The notes under the pieces: generated by a model
Told to the model about the DNA's origin: nothing
The model's input: only the letters and a program-made list of their open reading frames with translations
Database searches by the model: none
Translations under genes and position numbers: made by a program
Shown: piece by piece, positions 25,382 through 44,826 of the stretch
How the letters are laid out: every line of letters starts with the position of its first letter
Position numbering within the stretch: the stretch's first letter is position 1
Source of the DNA: Lobosporangium transversale
Lineage: Eukaryota
DNA length: 64,000 bases
Assembly (NCBI RefSeq): GCF_002105155.1
Contig: NW_019028992.1
Coordinates: 434,001-498,000 of the forward strand
Direction: 5' to 3'

Positions 25382-26490
25382 AATTAATCTATTTGACAAC
25401 CCGGGTTGTCATAGGCTCGGTGCCATCCTGTCTGCAAAGCGGCAAGCCACCAATCACCGTTCCATAAATGGAAGGCGGGCTCTCTACTTTGCAGACAGGC
25501 TGGTCTCATATCGAAATTTTTTGAGGGAGCGCTCAAAAAGGAAAGGTTATATTTTTAAAATAGTAAATTCAATTCAATCGAAGAACTTCAAGAACAAAGC
25601 CTCATGTTCAAGCGCGCGGATTGAATTGGTTTGCTATTCTAATTGAGAAAATATAACCTTTCCTTTTTGAGCGCTCCCTCAAAAAATTTCGATATGAGAC
25701 CAGCCTGTCTGCAAAGTAGAGAGCCCGCCTTCCATTTATGGAACGGTGATTGGTGGCTTGCCGCTTTGCAGACAGGATGGCACCGAGCCTAGGATGGCAC
25801 CGAGCCTAGGTTGTCACTCTTATTTGACAACCCCCCCCTTAATTATTTTTCTCAATTTTTTTTCTTTGCGTGACAACCCGGGTTGCCAAATAGTAAAATA
25901 TCTAATTTGACAACCCCAAGCTCACTATTATTTGACAACCCTTTTTTTATTGGCAAGATTATTATGTGAAAATCGTTTCTATTGCTATCCCTCAGCAACA
26001 TGAAATCCCTCCAGCAATCTAAAAGCTTCCATCAAATAACAAACTTTTTTTTTTTGGTTACGAGGTGTTGTTTTTTTATTACAACTGATTTCTAAAACAA
26101 GGGTTTGCTTTTATAGAAAATGTGCCTATACGGGTAACATGCACTAAGGGGTTTTTTTGGATAAATAAGCATGCATAAATTCGGAGTGGTTATGCGACGC
26201 TTGATGGCGCATGCGTAAGACGCGGAAAGGAAAAAAAAGAGAGCTATAACCACAGTCATGATAATGGAGTGTTGCCACCATTTTAGAAATCCAGCTGAGA
26301 AAGGCCCTCCATAAGTACAAGAGGGTGAAGACTTGTCATGTGACAGGTTGAAAAAGACAATTTTTCTTCTTTTTTTGACAACCCGGGTTGTCAAATAACA
26401 AAAAAGTGAAAATTGAAGACCTGGGTTGCCAAATAAGCCGGTGTGACTGCTAAATTAGGGGGGGGGGGGTTGTCAAATAGATTCACCCTA
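25382..26490. mobile_element. Older non-autonomous hAT-like DNA transposon with subterminal TTGACAACCCGGGTTGTCAA motifs
   Basis: AATCTATTTGACAACC near 25386 is the reverse complement of GGTTGTCAAATAGATT near 26468. The right end reads TAGGGTG on the minus strand. Flanks ACTTTAAG (25374-25381) and ACTTTAAA (26491-26498) are a 7/8 candidate TSD. About 8 copies of the GACAACCC motif cluster at both ends. No transposase ORF. Confidence 0.65.
25412..25808. mobile_element. hAT-type MITE / foldback element nested in the element above
   Basis: 144-bp inverted arms at 25412-25555 and 25648-25791 with no mismatch seen, starting TAGGCTCGG. 92-bp spacer. 17-bp duplication of the right terminus (25792-25808). 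Exact 8-bp TSD GGTTGTCA at 25404-25411 and 25809-25816. Confidence 0.9.
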
Positions 26491-26601
26491 ACTTTAAAAG
26501 GAAGATGGAGTCACGTGCATATTCCCGGACATCTGCCTCAACGGTGCCCATTTTTAGAACAATCAGAAGACTCATCAATACTCATTAATATTCATAACAT
26601 C

Positions 26602-28349
26602 ATGAAGGACGACGTCGCACTGCATTTCCCGACCTCACATAAGCGACATCATTCCAGGACCATATCCCAGGCTCACTCATCAAGCTCACGCCAGCAATCA
26701 CCTGCACTCGAACTGATTCCAGCCCCTACATCAACTGGAACTATCACTCTTACCACCACCACGACTGTTCTTGCAGAACCAACAAGGCGCAGAGAGTATA
26801 TCAATGTTGGTATGTACATGTTAGCTCGGCTCTTAGAAGCTTTTTTTTTTACCTCTTTATTTCCTTCTTATTTAGCTAGAATGTGGCCCATCATTTTATC
26901 TTTGTATCTTCATTAGCTCAACGGAAAGAGATGCGTAAACACGTTGCTATTCGGGATACCTCATGTACGTGACATGCAAGTTTTTTGACAAAATTTTCGA
27001 CAAGACAATTGCATTGGCTAAAAGCAGAACGCGTATTGTGTTGCCTCGTTTCGAATTAATCATCATCGTAGACTGGAATAAGCTTTTGATTGCTGCTCGC
27101 AAGAGTCGAGGACCATATCTATGTCCCACAACACGCATGTACCACGTTGATCGAGCATCTAATCTGTACTGGAGTGGCTACAGTGACGTAGATCCAGTAA
27201 TGTATGGCTAACTTATAAACTGGCCGTATGCTCCTGGAGACGTTATATAGTGGCATTATGAGACCTGAACTAAGAGAATATTTTCATGCATCTTGCAATT
27301 TTAATTAATCTAGTGCTGAATCACCTTCGATACCAGCAAAAATAGAAAACCAAGATCAAACGGTCACAGAAAGTGCAAATGTAGTTTCAGCGCTAGCAGA
27401 CATCACCAGCTCCGGAGACAAGTCTAACTTGACTGGAGATAGTACCTCATCTGTATCAGATCCAGCATCTACATCTGTAACAAATCCAACAGCGACTGCT
27501 TTAGCTACAGCAGCACAGGTACCATCAGCAAGGGCTTCTGCTACACCAACGCCGCTCGATATCAAAGAGGAGATCAATACTCCAAGTCTTGGCGCGAGCA
27601 ATACAGGTATAATGAGCACTAGCAATAATAATATTACCAACAGCAACAGCGGCAATCTAGTAGGAAACCAAAATGAGCTTGCTTCACCTACGCTCAACCC
27701 TTCACTCATGAACAGACCATTATCTAATAGAGGTGCTAATCCGTTGGCTTCCCCCATGCAGCCTAGTGCTAATTTTGCTGCCCAAATGGCCAATATCAAT
27801 GCTTCTCACCTTCCAGGACAACCACAATCGCTACAGCAACAACAAATATCACAGCAGCAACAGCAACTTCATCAGCCTCTAAATCAACAGCAGCAGCAGC
27901 AACAACAACAACAACAACAGCCACAACAACCGCAGATCCAACAACAACAAATCCTGCAACAGCAACAAATGCAGCAACATCAACAACAACAGGCTGTTGC
28001 AGCAGGAATGAATCCTATGATGTCCAATCCTATGGTTGCGATGTCATCGGCCATGATGCCTGGTGGATTCATTTCACCAAACTCATTGATGCAAGCTATG
28101 CCGGGACAGATGCCTGGAGGTATGGGGCCCATGCCAGGGCAGCCTATGGGTATAGGAATGAATCCGGCGTACGCTAACATGACGCAGATGCATCCTCAGA
28201 TGATGCATCATCTTCAGCAGCCTTTACAACAAAATCCACAACAGATGTATTCACAGCAGCAGCAGCAGCATTTATTGCAACAGCAACAGATGATGCAGGG
28301 ACAACAGGACTTTCAAAATCCCCAACGGCCAAAAGGGCGACCTCGGTAA
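26602..28349 (+). CDS. Putative nuclear/chromatin protein with short structured domain, polyQ/Met-rich region and terminal AT-hook-like motif; 4 exons inferred
   Basis: Exons about 26602-26809, 26917-26964, 27072-27201 and 27314-28349 join in frame through GT-AG introns. The protein ends RPKGRPR*. Confidence 0.7.
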
Positions 28350-28708
28350 AGGGATCTCTTTATTATCTTGTTGTTATCATCCTTGTATTGCATTTCTTTA
28401 GCATTTGCTGAAATAAATTAAAATAAACAAACGCAACAGAAAAAAATGCTCGAGCTATTTAACAATATTCCTCTCCATTACCTGCTTGGTTCTTGATCTG
28501 TTTAATCATGTAAGGAGAGGGGCATGTCGTCTCTGTGATTGAAAGATCTTGTGGCACGTTCAACTTCATCTTTTGAGTTTATCAATTTGAACCGTGGATC
28601 GTGGAATTCACATGCTGTGTTCTAACAGTCACTCCTTGGAAACTAATCGATCGGAACAATGTTTCCTCATTTTTTACCAAAATCGCCATCTACGTTATTC
28701 TCATTGAC

Positions 28709-30382
28709 CATGGCAGGGACAGTGAGGGTGTGTTCGCAGGCACCAACAACCCTTGGTAGGAGTGTTGGATTTATCAAGACTGGCACAGGAACACATCCTG
28801 CACCATACTCTTCATTCATTTATTCTACACGACCCCTTTCCACCACAGTCTTTGTAGCACAACCGAGAAACACCTGTCGTCCAAGAGCCGTATTGCCTTT
28901 AGTCGCAGGTCAAAATCCAACTTGTTATGGTTCTTCAAATATAACGCTTAGATCATTCCCAGTCAACAGCCTAGCTTTCATTTCTAATCATACATCAAAG
29001 CGTTGGTTGTCGTCAGCGACAGCGACAGTAATAAAGACAGAAACGGAAGGAGAGACGAGTGTTTCAGGTACAGGAAGACCCTTTTTTTTAAGAAAAAAAA
29101 AGAAACCGAAATACATATTCATTTAAATGCATGTGGCAGTTTTTGATGTCGGTCCGTTATGAGATTGACTGCGGGAAAAAAATTCTTGCAGTTTTTCTAA
29201 TATGCTCTACCATGGTATATTTTATATTTTCTCAGGGCCTATGGCTGTGTACAATGAACTGATTGGACAAGGATCACTCAAGGAAGATGACTTTCAACGG
29301 ACAATTATTGAAACGCTGCAGGACTTGCATGATCGATTGATGAAATATAACCCAGAGCCGATCGTTAGAGATGGTAAAGTAGCTCCCGAAAAAGAGCGTG
29401 GATTTTTCTCCAAGGTATGTGACAATTTGCAATGAATGGTATGAAATAAAGAAAAAGCAGTTTGCTCATCTGTTTATGTTCTTTCTCTCACATTTCTCAA
29501 TTTTTCTGCAACCTGCTTTATTATTATTATTATTATTATTATATAAACAATAGCTCAGTAAAGTTTTCAATAAGAAAGAAGAGGAGAGGTTAGCTAAGGA
29601 GGCAGAAGTAGCTCGTCGTGCAGCGATCCCTAAAGGCCTGTACTTGTACGGCAGTGTTGGGACGGGAAAAACAATGTTAATGGATCTCTTTTATAGTTCA
29701 CTGGAACGAACAGATAAGAAACGTGTTCATTTCCATAATTTTATGCTTCAGCTTCATGGGCGACTTCACAAGCTCAAGACGACAACCCATCAACATGAGG
29801 ACCCTATTCCTTTCCTTGCAGATTCCTTAGCAATGGAGAGTAGGATCTTATGTCTGGATGAGTTCCAAGTGACGGATATTGCGGATGCCATGTTGCTTAG
29901 GAGACTGTTGGAGGAACTAGTCGTTGTGCGAGGCGTTGTTCTGGTCACGACATCAAATCGACACCCTACGGAGCTGTACAAGAATGGAATCCAACGTGAG
30001 AGCTTCTTACCAGGTATTGGAGTCCTGGAAGAGAACTGTATAGTTAAATGTTTAGATGGAGGTATTGATTATAGAAGGGAGAAAAAGACATTCTTCCATT
30101 CAGCAAAACCAAAAGACAGGAGTAAACTAGCGTCTTCATCTACAATGCCTACAATCGTCCAGGACAGTTCAACTATTCTCCCCGATACGCTCGTAGATGA
30201 GAAACGATTTTTCTGGCCTTTAGGACCTGATACCAAAAAGGAAATAGAAATGTATTTCAAATCAATTAGGAATGGATTCCAAGTTACTGAGAGGCGTATG
30301 AACTTTTTGGGACGCGAGTTAGTATTACCACACACAGCAGGACCGATTGCAATGTGTTCGTTTGACGAGCTTTGTGCTAAGG

Positions 30383-30413
<31 letters not shown>

Positions 30414-30906
30414 AAAGCAAAAAGCAAAAAGCAAAAAGCATATTAGCAAATACCCTGCTCCATTTGCTGAGTTTATTTTCCTTACCTTGTATTGTAAATA
30501 GTCGTTAAGTGCAGCAGACTATCTCACTTTGGCAGAGAGCTTTAAAGTCTTGATTTTGACCGGTATCCCCAAACTCAAGCCCACGACTCTTCACCGTAAT
30601 GAAACACGTCGCCTGATTACCTTAATCGATGCACTTTACGAATCCCAGGTCAAATTGATTTGCTCCGCTGACGGACCTATCTCTGAGATTTTTGGTGGCG
30701 GTTCTGGAGCGCATTCTATAGATGAAGATCCTTCAACGATGGGTCAGTTGACGCCTGCACAGCGCCAGATGATGGATGATTTGGGTTTGAATGATGTCTC
30801 ACAAGTGAAGAAAAGCCCTATATTCTCGGGAGAGGAAGAGAAATTCGCAGTTCAACGTGCGGAGAGCCGGCTGATTGAGATGCAAGGTCCAGGTTGGGGC
30901 ATGTAG
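28709..30906 (+). CDS. AFG1: AFG1/LACE1/ZapE family mitochondrial AAA+ ATPase, 4 exons
   Basis: PKGLYLYGSVGTGKT Walker A, RVHFHNFM, LCLDEFQVTDIADAMLL Walker B, TSNRHP.ELYKNGIQR, SAADYL, RRLITLIDALYE and EEKFA.QRA.SRL.EM. Arg/Ser/Thr-rich presequence. Confidence 0.95.
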
Positions 30907-31259
30907 TAGAAGTGTGTGAAGATGTCGAAGGCGAAAGTTGAAGTTATGATGAAAAAGAAAAACAAAAAAAATCCATACATTTAAACATAAGTGACAACGA
31001 AACATAGAAAAGTAAAAATCTCATCCACAATGTAACTCTTCAATCATTTTATAAAATTTTGTTTATTAGATTTAATTTTTGGTATAAAGGGAATAAAAGT
31101 AACGTTATTATTCTGCATGATTTATGTTAAATATACATTTTCGATGGTTGTCATTGTCTCAGAACCCTTCAACTAATGCGAAGTGACAAAGGAAAGAGAA
31201 GGAAGGAGAAGGAAGGAGAAGGAAGAAGGAAGAAGAGGGAAGGAGGGAGGAGACATCAT

Positions 31260-33986
31260 CTACCAGAGATCACACTTGTTGACAGGATTCATGGGCGTAC
31301 CAGGTTTGCATTTGAAGGCCTTTGCAAACCCAATCGAGTTTTGAGCAACACCGTTGATACGGAATCTAGTGGGCGAATGCACATTCTCCAGGTCCATGTC
31401 AATGTTCTCAGGACGGGTTTTGCTGCACCAGGTACGTCCCCATTGGATAAAGAACAATTGTTCGGGTGTGAACTTCTCAAGCCCAGGGAGCTTTCGATTG
31501 TCGTAGCTTTGTGGTTGACAAAAAAGAGAGGTTTCAGAAAAAAGAGAGGTTTCAGATTTTAGTTAATATTAGGGATATTAGAAGATAACAACCAAAGTAA
31601 GCAATGACTTACTTCTTGCTAGTAGGATCGGACTTGTAGCGGGAATACCAAGTCTCGAATGACTGCTTGACGCCACCGTTGTCAGCAATGTTCTCGCCCA
31701 AGGTCAGATTTCCATTTACAAACTTGAGCCGGCCATCAGCACCTGCAAGCGTGAAGTTGCTGTACTGATTGACAAAGCACTCTGACTTTTCGTTGAATGC
31801 CTCGAGAGAAGAATTGGACCACCACTAACATTTGTATAATTAGCAATAATTAAGGGAGTTTGCTTTGCGAGTAAAGCACCCAAGAGGACCATATAAATAC
31901 TTAAGAAAAAAGGAAAATAATAGTCAACATACGTTATGGCGCTTGCCACTAGCGTCAAAGAGGCGCCCAGTGTTGTCGAAGCCGTGGGTGATTTCATGAC
32001 CAACTACAGCTCCAAGCGAACCATAGTTCAGATACTCTGGATTCTCGAGATCGAAAAAATGTGGCTGTGAGATACCGGCAAGGATATTAATATCGTTCGT
32101 GAAGGCGCTGTAGTAGGCATTCACCGTTTGAGGGCTCATAATCATATGCTCCTTGTCTACAGGGATACTGAGAAAACGAAGTTCATTTCCAACGTTGAAG
32201 GCCCTAGTCCTGATCTGGTTTCCAAAGTGATCTGCTGCATGAAGAGAAAGAGGCTTGTAGTACTTATCGATCGAAGCCAGTGAGCCATCATCGGGTCTAC
32301 TAGTGGAGTAGCCCACTTTCTGGACCATGGCTTCGATTTTCTCAAGAGCACCTTTGCGAGTATAGTCATCAAGCCAATTATAGGCCCTGAAGCTCTGGAG
32401 ATATGTTGCTCGAATGGCGTTGGTGATATCATTAACCTTGTTCTTAATTTGATCCGAATAGGAGGCTTTGATAAAGAAATGGCCGACCATATCAGGGAGA
32501 GTAAAGGTCATCAGAAGGGTGCAGAGCTTGGCACGGTCCAAGATTAGAGGTGTGGTGCTGTAGGTAGCCCTGAGATCATACAAAGGCTTTCGGTAAGCTT
32601 TGCTCAGGTCCTCTCCATGAACACGGATCAAAGTCCAAGCAAAGTAATTCTGCAAAGTTTTTGGCGGAGTCTTCTCAAGGAGAGCATTCAGCTTGTCAAG
32701 GTAAGGCGAAGATATAATCACCGTATTTGGAGGCTTCACGTCCCGAGGGAGTGCATTCTTGAGGATTAGATCCCAGTCGAGCGAGGGAGAGCGCTTATTG
32801 AGCTCAGCAAGGCTAAGGAGCTTGAAAGCCTTCTCTACATCTGTCGCGCTCTCCAGTTGCGCCTCAACTGTAACGTTATTCAAAGCAATTTCGAACTCAA
32901 CCACGTTCTTGGCTACCTGGGACCAATTGTCAGGTACCTTGATATTTTCACTAGGTTTGGTTTCGCCTTGGATGATGGTAAACATCTCCCCAATAGCCTT
33001 CTCATAGGCACTTGTGACATTCGGGTCCAGGTAGAGGCTAGGACTAGGAAGACCGAGCCCAGATCCCTGAACATTGAGAACATAGCGAGCCGGATTAAGA
33101 ACATCAACTCTGACGCTGAACATGAATAATGAGTCCCATCCATCTCGGATGCTTTGGCCAATGACCTCAGATAGAGCCTCCTTGCCAGCATCAGGCAATG
33201 CGTCATTGCTATTAGACGTCTTGGAGATAAGGTCGCTATCCTTGACGTGATAAAGGTACACTAATTTTTGAACCAGCTCTGTTAGAGGCTTCCGATCAAC
33301 TTTTTCCAATTGAGACTCATCCGTACAGGCAGTATAGGCATCTTGCATCTTTTTGATGTTGCGTTTAGCAACAGCATCACCTCTTGGCTTGGGAGACCTG
33401 GGACTGTTTGGAGTGGCCAATTCACGGATCAGATCCTGCAGAAGAAGAAAAAAAATGTGTGAATAAGAAAATACCTTTGTAATGCATGCCATGCGTGTTA
33501 TGCGATGTACTTTGGGTTTCTGAACATTACATAGATGCGCTCTTGTACCATGGACAGGTACCCATATTTCCAAGCATCTTCAGGAATAGTCTCGCGGTCA
33601 TAAAATCCACCACCTATAAAAAATATGTGCAAGTTTCATGAGATTAGAGAATGGAGATATGCCAGTTAAAAAGAAAAAAAAAAAAAGTATCACCTACAGC
33701 TGTATTGTTGGAAATCAACGCATGGATCCGTTGTAAGATCAAGGTCCTTGAGCATGCTGCTTCCAAGTTCTTTGCATTTTGGAGTGGTACAGACATCCTT
33801 CTAATGGAGGAAATGAATAGAAAATGGAAATAGGAAATATAAGTTTTTACGCTTAAAACGCAGGCTATTACAATAAAGCAAAACATAAGCACAAATGTTT
33901 ATAGGTACATTGATTGGAGTAGGGACAGCATGGACTGCCAATTGCAAGGCAACACCGATGGCTAGGAAGGTCAAGAGCCTTGTCAT
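31260..33986 (-). CDS. Secreted M13 family metallopeptidase (neprilysin/endothelin-converting enzyme-like), multi-exon
   Basis: Signal peptide MTRLLTFLAIGVALQLAVHA, DPCVDFQQYSC, VNAYY, zinc motif HEITHGFD, GENIADNGG, HSPTRFRING and AFKCKPGTPMNP..KCDLW. Confidence 0.95.
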
Positions 33987-36285
33987 GGCAGGCATGAAGG
34001 TGTAGCAGGTGTTTAAGCAGCTTAAAAAGAGACAGAAGAAATGCAAGGAAAGGAGATCCGTGGAGGAGAGCACAGATTTAATTGACTTTGTTGTTAGTTT
34101 TTTTTACTTTTTTTGTCTCAAACCAGAAGTGTCTCGGTTTTTATATACGCTTCGAGATCTGTGTTGCATGGTAAGTAACCAATACCTTTGTATGATGTCC
34201 TTACAATGTTCACATCGCAATTTTGGGCAAACTTAGAGCGGAAACAACATGCATTATGCTGCGATTTTTTTTTTTTTTTGCATGAACGCATCATTCGCCA
34301 TAAGCTATCGCCCAATTTTTTAGCAACCAGAAGGAAGCCACTGAAACAGGTGGAAAGATGATGAGGATAAAAGGAAGACAGCAAAAGCAGTAGGAAGGCT
34401 CAGCTCTCTTTGCTTAGATCAACACTTCGTTACGTGATAGAAACAGAGGGAGCCAGCAGTGATATACAATATTGTTCTCAAACTGGTTGCGCAATGAACA
34501 ATTGCTTTCGATAAACAGAAGTCCAATGCTCTCAAAGCCGTGCACATCCATCAACAATTCATACAAGCGACAGCATAATTATATATAGCTTTGTTTAAAA
34601 GATAAAAATATTTTGCATGAAGGGGGGCCTCAATGAAATAATGCAGGTAGTAGAGCCAGAAGACGCTTCCGAAGATCATAGATTGTTGTCAAGCGCAATA
34701 GCCGTTTTCTCTTCTCTTGCAATGGTTTGTGTTTGCCAATTTTATTGTTTTTTCTTTTGAGCTCTCAAATTTCTCGTGGGAAAGGGCCCTTAGAACAAAA
34801 GTAAACTCAGTTTGGTCTGGTTGTTACCATGAGCCATCAAGCAATCAACAACGGGGTCGATCCCTGGGAAAATATGGTCATAGTGATGCATGTTTGTTTA
34901 TTGTTATGAGCAACTTATTGCTGTTCTTCATTTTAGAAGCCAATTTCTTTTGTGAATAGCAAGGATTTGGTCGGGCCACTCTAGGATGAGATAGCCAATC
35001 AATCATGAACGTTGTACCTGCAAGCACGTTAGACTCGAATCACCTTAGATCGCTCTATAAAAGTGGGTATCCTATGAGTAGCGCGGAGGATGGAGAGTTG
35101 GCTCAGACTGCTCGACATAATTGCATTCGCAGATGAGATAATTGTACCAGTTTCTTCACCCTTTAGCGCAAAAAAAGAAAGAAAAGAAAGAAGAGAAAGA
35201 AAGAGATACGCTTGACGCGTGGGAACCGTTGCGCCCAAAGATGAATGGCCTTGTTTCTACTGAACAAAAAAACAAAAGAATTATGCTCTACTTGTAGAGC
35301 TCTCATTCCTTCGCCCATTATTTAACGATTCTGTGGTATAGAATACAGATCTGAATATGTCATACTTGCTTCGCAGTCCCTGCTGGTCTGATGTTCCTCC
35401 TCTCTCATATATATTCTGATAACGATACCAATATTCAATCCACAATGTCCAGCTGTACAGATATCAGGGAGCTTTTTTGTTCCTTCTTTCCAAGATTTAA
35501 GGAATAGCGGAGAGAAGAGGCTAAGGAGATCTTATGATTACGTTGGGTTTGATTTCCCAAAAATACATTTCATAGTAATATAGTTTGTCAAGACCATTAG
35601 ACTCGCACAGCCCGAAGAATATGGCCGCATTTTTTGCAGGGCATGCGTGGCTTAGCGACTTTAGTGAATGCACCGCCGAAAATGTCATGTTCATATAGGT
35701 AGCTGCGCCAAGGTATCTCTCAAAGAGAGAAGACTGTATGTCTGGCTCCTATCAGGTCTATTTGATCTATTCGATCTGTCCATCTGTTACAATGAAAGTG
35801 AAGATTCAACAGTTAATTTATTAAGTCATGTTGCTAAATACTACTCTCTATGCAATGAGTTAGCAGCTCCATACTAGCTCTGAGTACACTATCAGCTCCA
35901 GTATGACCTCTGATTCAAGTTAAATACAGACCAGCTATATCAAGTTGGCTCCAGCGAGGCGTATATAGCACCTCAGGGGCCTAGTTTATTCGGCAGTCTT
36001 TCCTTGTGTAGTCAACAGGAAATTCAACCCTTTTGCTATCCTATTCAAATCAATGTTCATCTTGCGCGTTCCAAACGAAGAGATGAATGCGAGAGCCGCG
36101 ATCCTATAGCAGCATGGAATTGGAGGCTTAAGCCATCATCCGACGCCGGCGCCTTGACACACTTAAATTAAGATTGAATAGATGAGAATAACGGTTGGTT
36201 AGAATACGTTTTTTTTTGTAATATTGATTGACACTCCAGTTAAAAGTTGAAGTAAAACCTACAGAAATTAAAAAGAGGCGATTTG

Positions 36286-36522
36286 GAATGAAGAAATGAG
36301 AATGCACCTCTATAATGCTATTCCTCCAGACCTCCGATGAGGAATGGAGGAATGAGAATGCACCCTTTTATCATTCCCTCCAGACCTCCGATGAGGAATG
36401 GAGGAATGAGAATGCACCCTTTTATCATTCCCTCCAGACCTCCGATGAGGAATGGAGGAATGAGAATGCACCCTTTTATCATTCCTCCAGATCTTCAATG
36501 AGGAATGAAGGAATGAGAATGC
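36286..36522. repeat. 54-bp minisatellite: 3 near-identical units plus degenerate flanking units
   Basis: Unit CCTCCAGACCTCCGATGAGGAATGGAGGAATGAGAATGCACCCTTTTATCATTC starts at 36323, 36377 and 36431. Diverged copies at about 36286 and 36484. Confidence 0.92.
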
Positions 36523-37079
36523 TTTCCATATGCGTGAAAATATGGCGATTCTACAACCCCACGTCGCGTCCGGACTGGAGAACAAAAAGAACGCAGATGA
36601 ATGATATAATGTTCTTGATTTTGTATCTATTGGTTTATTTCCTGGAAGCCGACGCGTTTCCTCTTGTGAGAATGGAGGGCGCCCGTCATCGACGGGCGCG
36701 AAGAGAAAAAAGGAGAGACTCGATGCAACCAAAGGACACGCGTTGTGTGGCTGGTGCCTGAGTCTTTTTTCGTTAGTCCCATAATCACGTGCGGGTCCCA
36801 CCACTGACCTAAAAATGAATACTTGGTTAGGTTTCGGTTCTTTGTTCTTTTTTTGCACAAGATCATCGAGTACCGAATATTCCCCTTTAGACTTTTGTGA
36901 ATGTTCAGAAGTGTTATTTAATGGAGCTCTAATCTTATCGGAGTACCTGTTACAACTAGCTTAGACAATAGCGTGTGGACGCGTTTACTACAGCCAATCA
37001 TCTGTCATTCCAAATTGCTGGTTACATATTCGTTTATCCCACTTTTTATTTTTATTTTATTATTTATTTGTTATTTCTT

Positions 37080-44264
<7,185 letters not shown>

Positions 44265-44826
44265 GGCAGCTGAATTTGGTGAACCAAAGGAATTAATAGA
44301 ATGTGATGTTGAAGTGAATCGTAAACAGAGCAATATACAAATGCAAATGCAGTCGACAAGGGTCCTGGGGCTGTGGAGAGGAACAGAAAATAAGAAAAGG
44401 CATAAAGGTCAGTGGTGTGCCTTGTCAGCATGTAGTGTGAGAGGGTTTGTGACATTAAAGTTTCTCCATATTAGCCTTAAGTCACGTGAGACCCATCTTG
44501 TGCTGCCAAATCAGCATTGAGCATGGCCCTGAATTTTTTAAGGGACCCCACGCCTCCTTTCTTCATCTTTCTCATCCTCATTCACAGACATCACTTTCAC
44601 AGCGAGTCTGTACATCCTTCTTCTTCATATACTTTTCTCTCTTTTTTATTATTACTGTGTGGTGATAGACAGCAGCTGTAAGGAAAGAGAGCTGATCAAA
44701 CTTCATTCAAACAGTACCACTGCTGGACAAGATTCGAGTCTATCAGTACAAACATTCCTTTATCAGTAATCATCGGAAGGGGAGGTTGACTATTGTAGAA
44801 AAAAAAAACTAAAAAGACACCAAATT
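44265..44826. promoter_or_regulatory. Divergent (bidirectional) promoter region between VPS15 and dynein heavy chain, with GTCACGTGA E-box
   Basis: The start codons are about 560 bp apart, head to head. GTCACGTGAG at 44481-44490. Confidence 0.5.

Noticed and set aside
34100..36280. Hidden gene or ncRNA in the long gap between the M13 peptidase and VPS15
   Set aside because: Only short ORFs without recognisable motifs. No tRNA cloverleaf or snRNA/snoRNA boxes could be supported.
36286..36522. CRISPR-like array
   Set aside because: Units are contiguous and near-identical with no unique spacers, and the context is eukaryotic with no cas genes. It is a minisatellite.
36310..36858. 182-aa and 148-aa ORFs over the minisatellite
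   Set aside because: They stay open largely because the 54-bp unit is a multiple of 3. No domain or coding signature.
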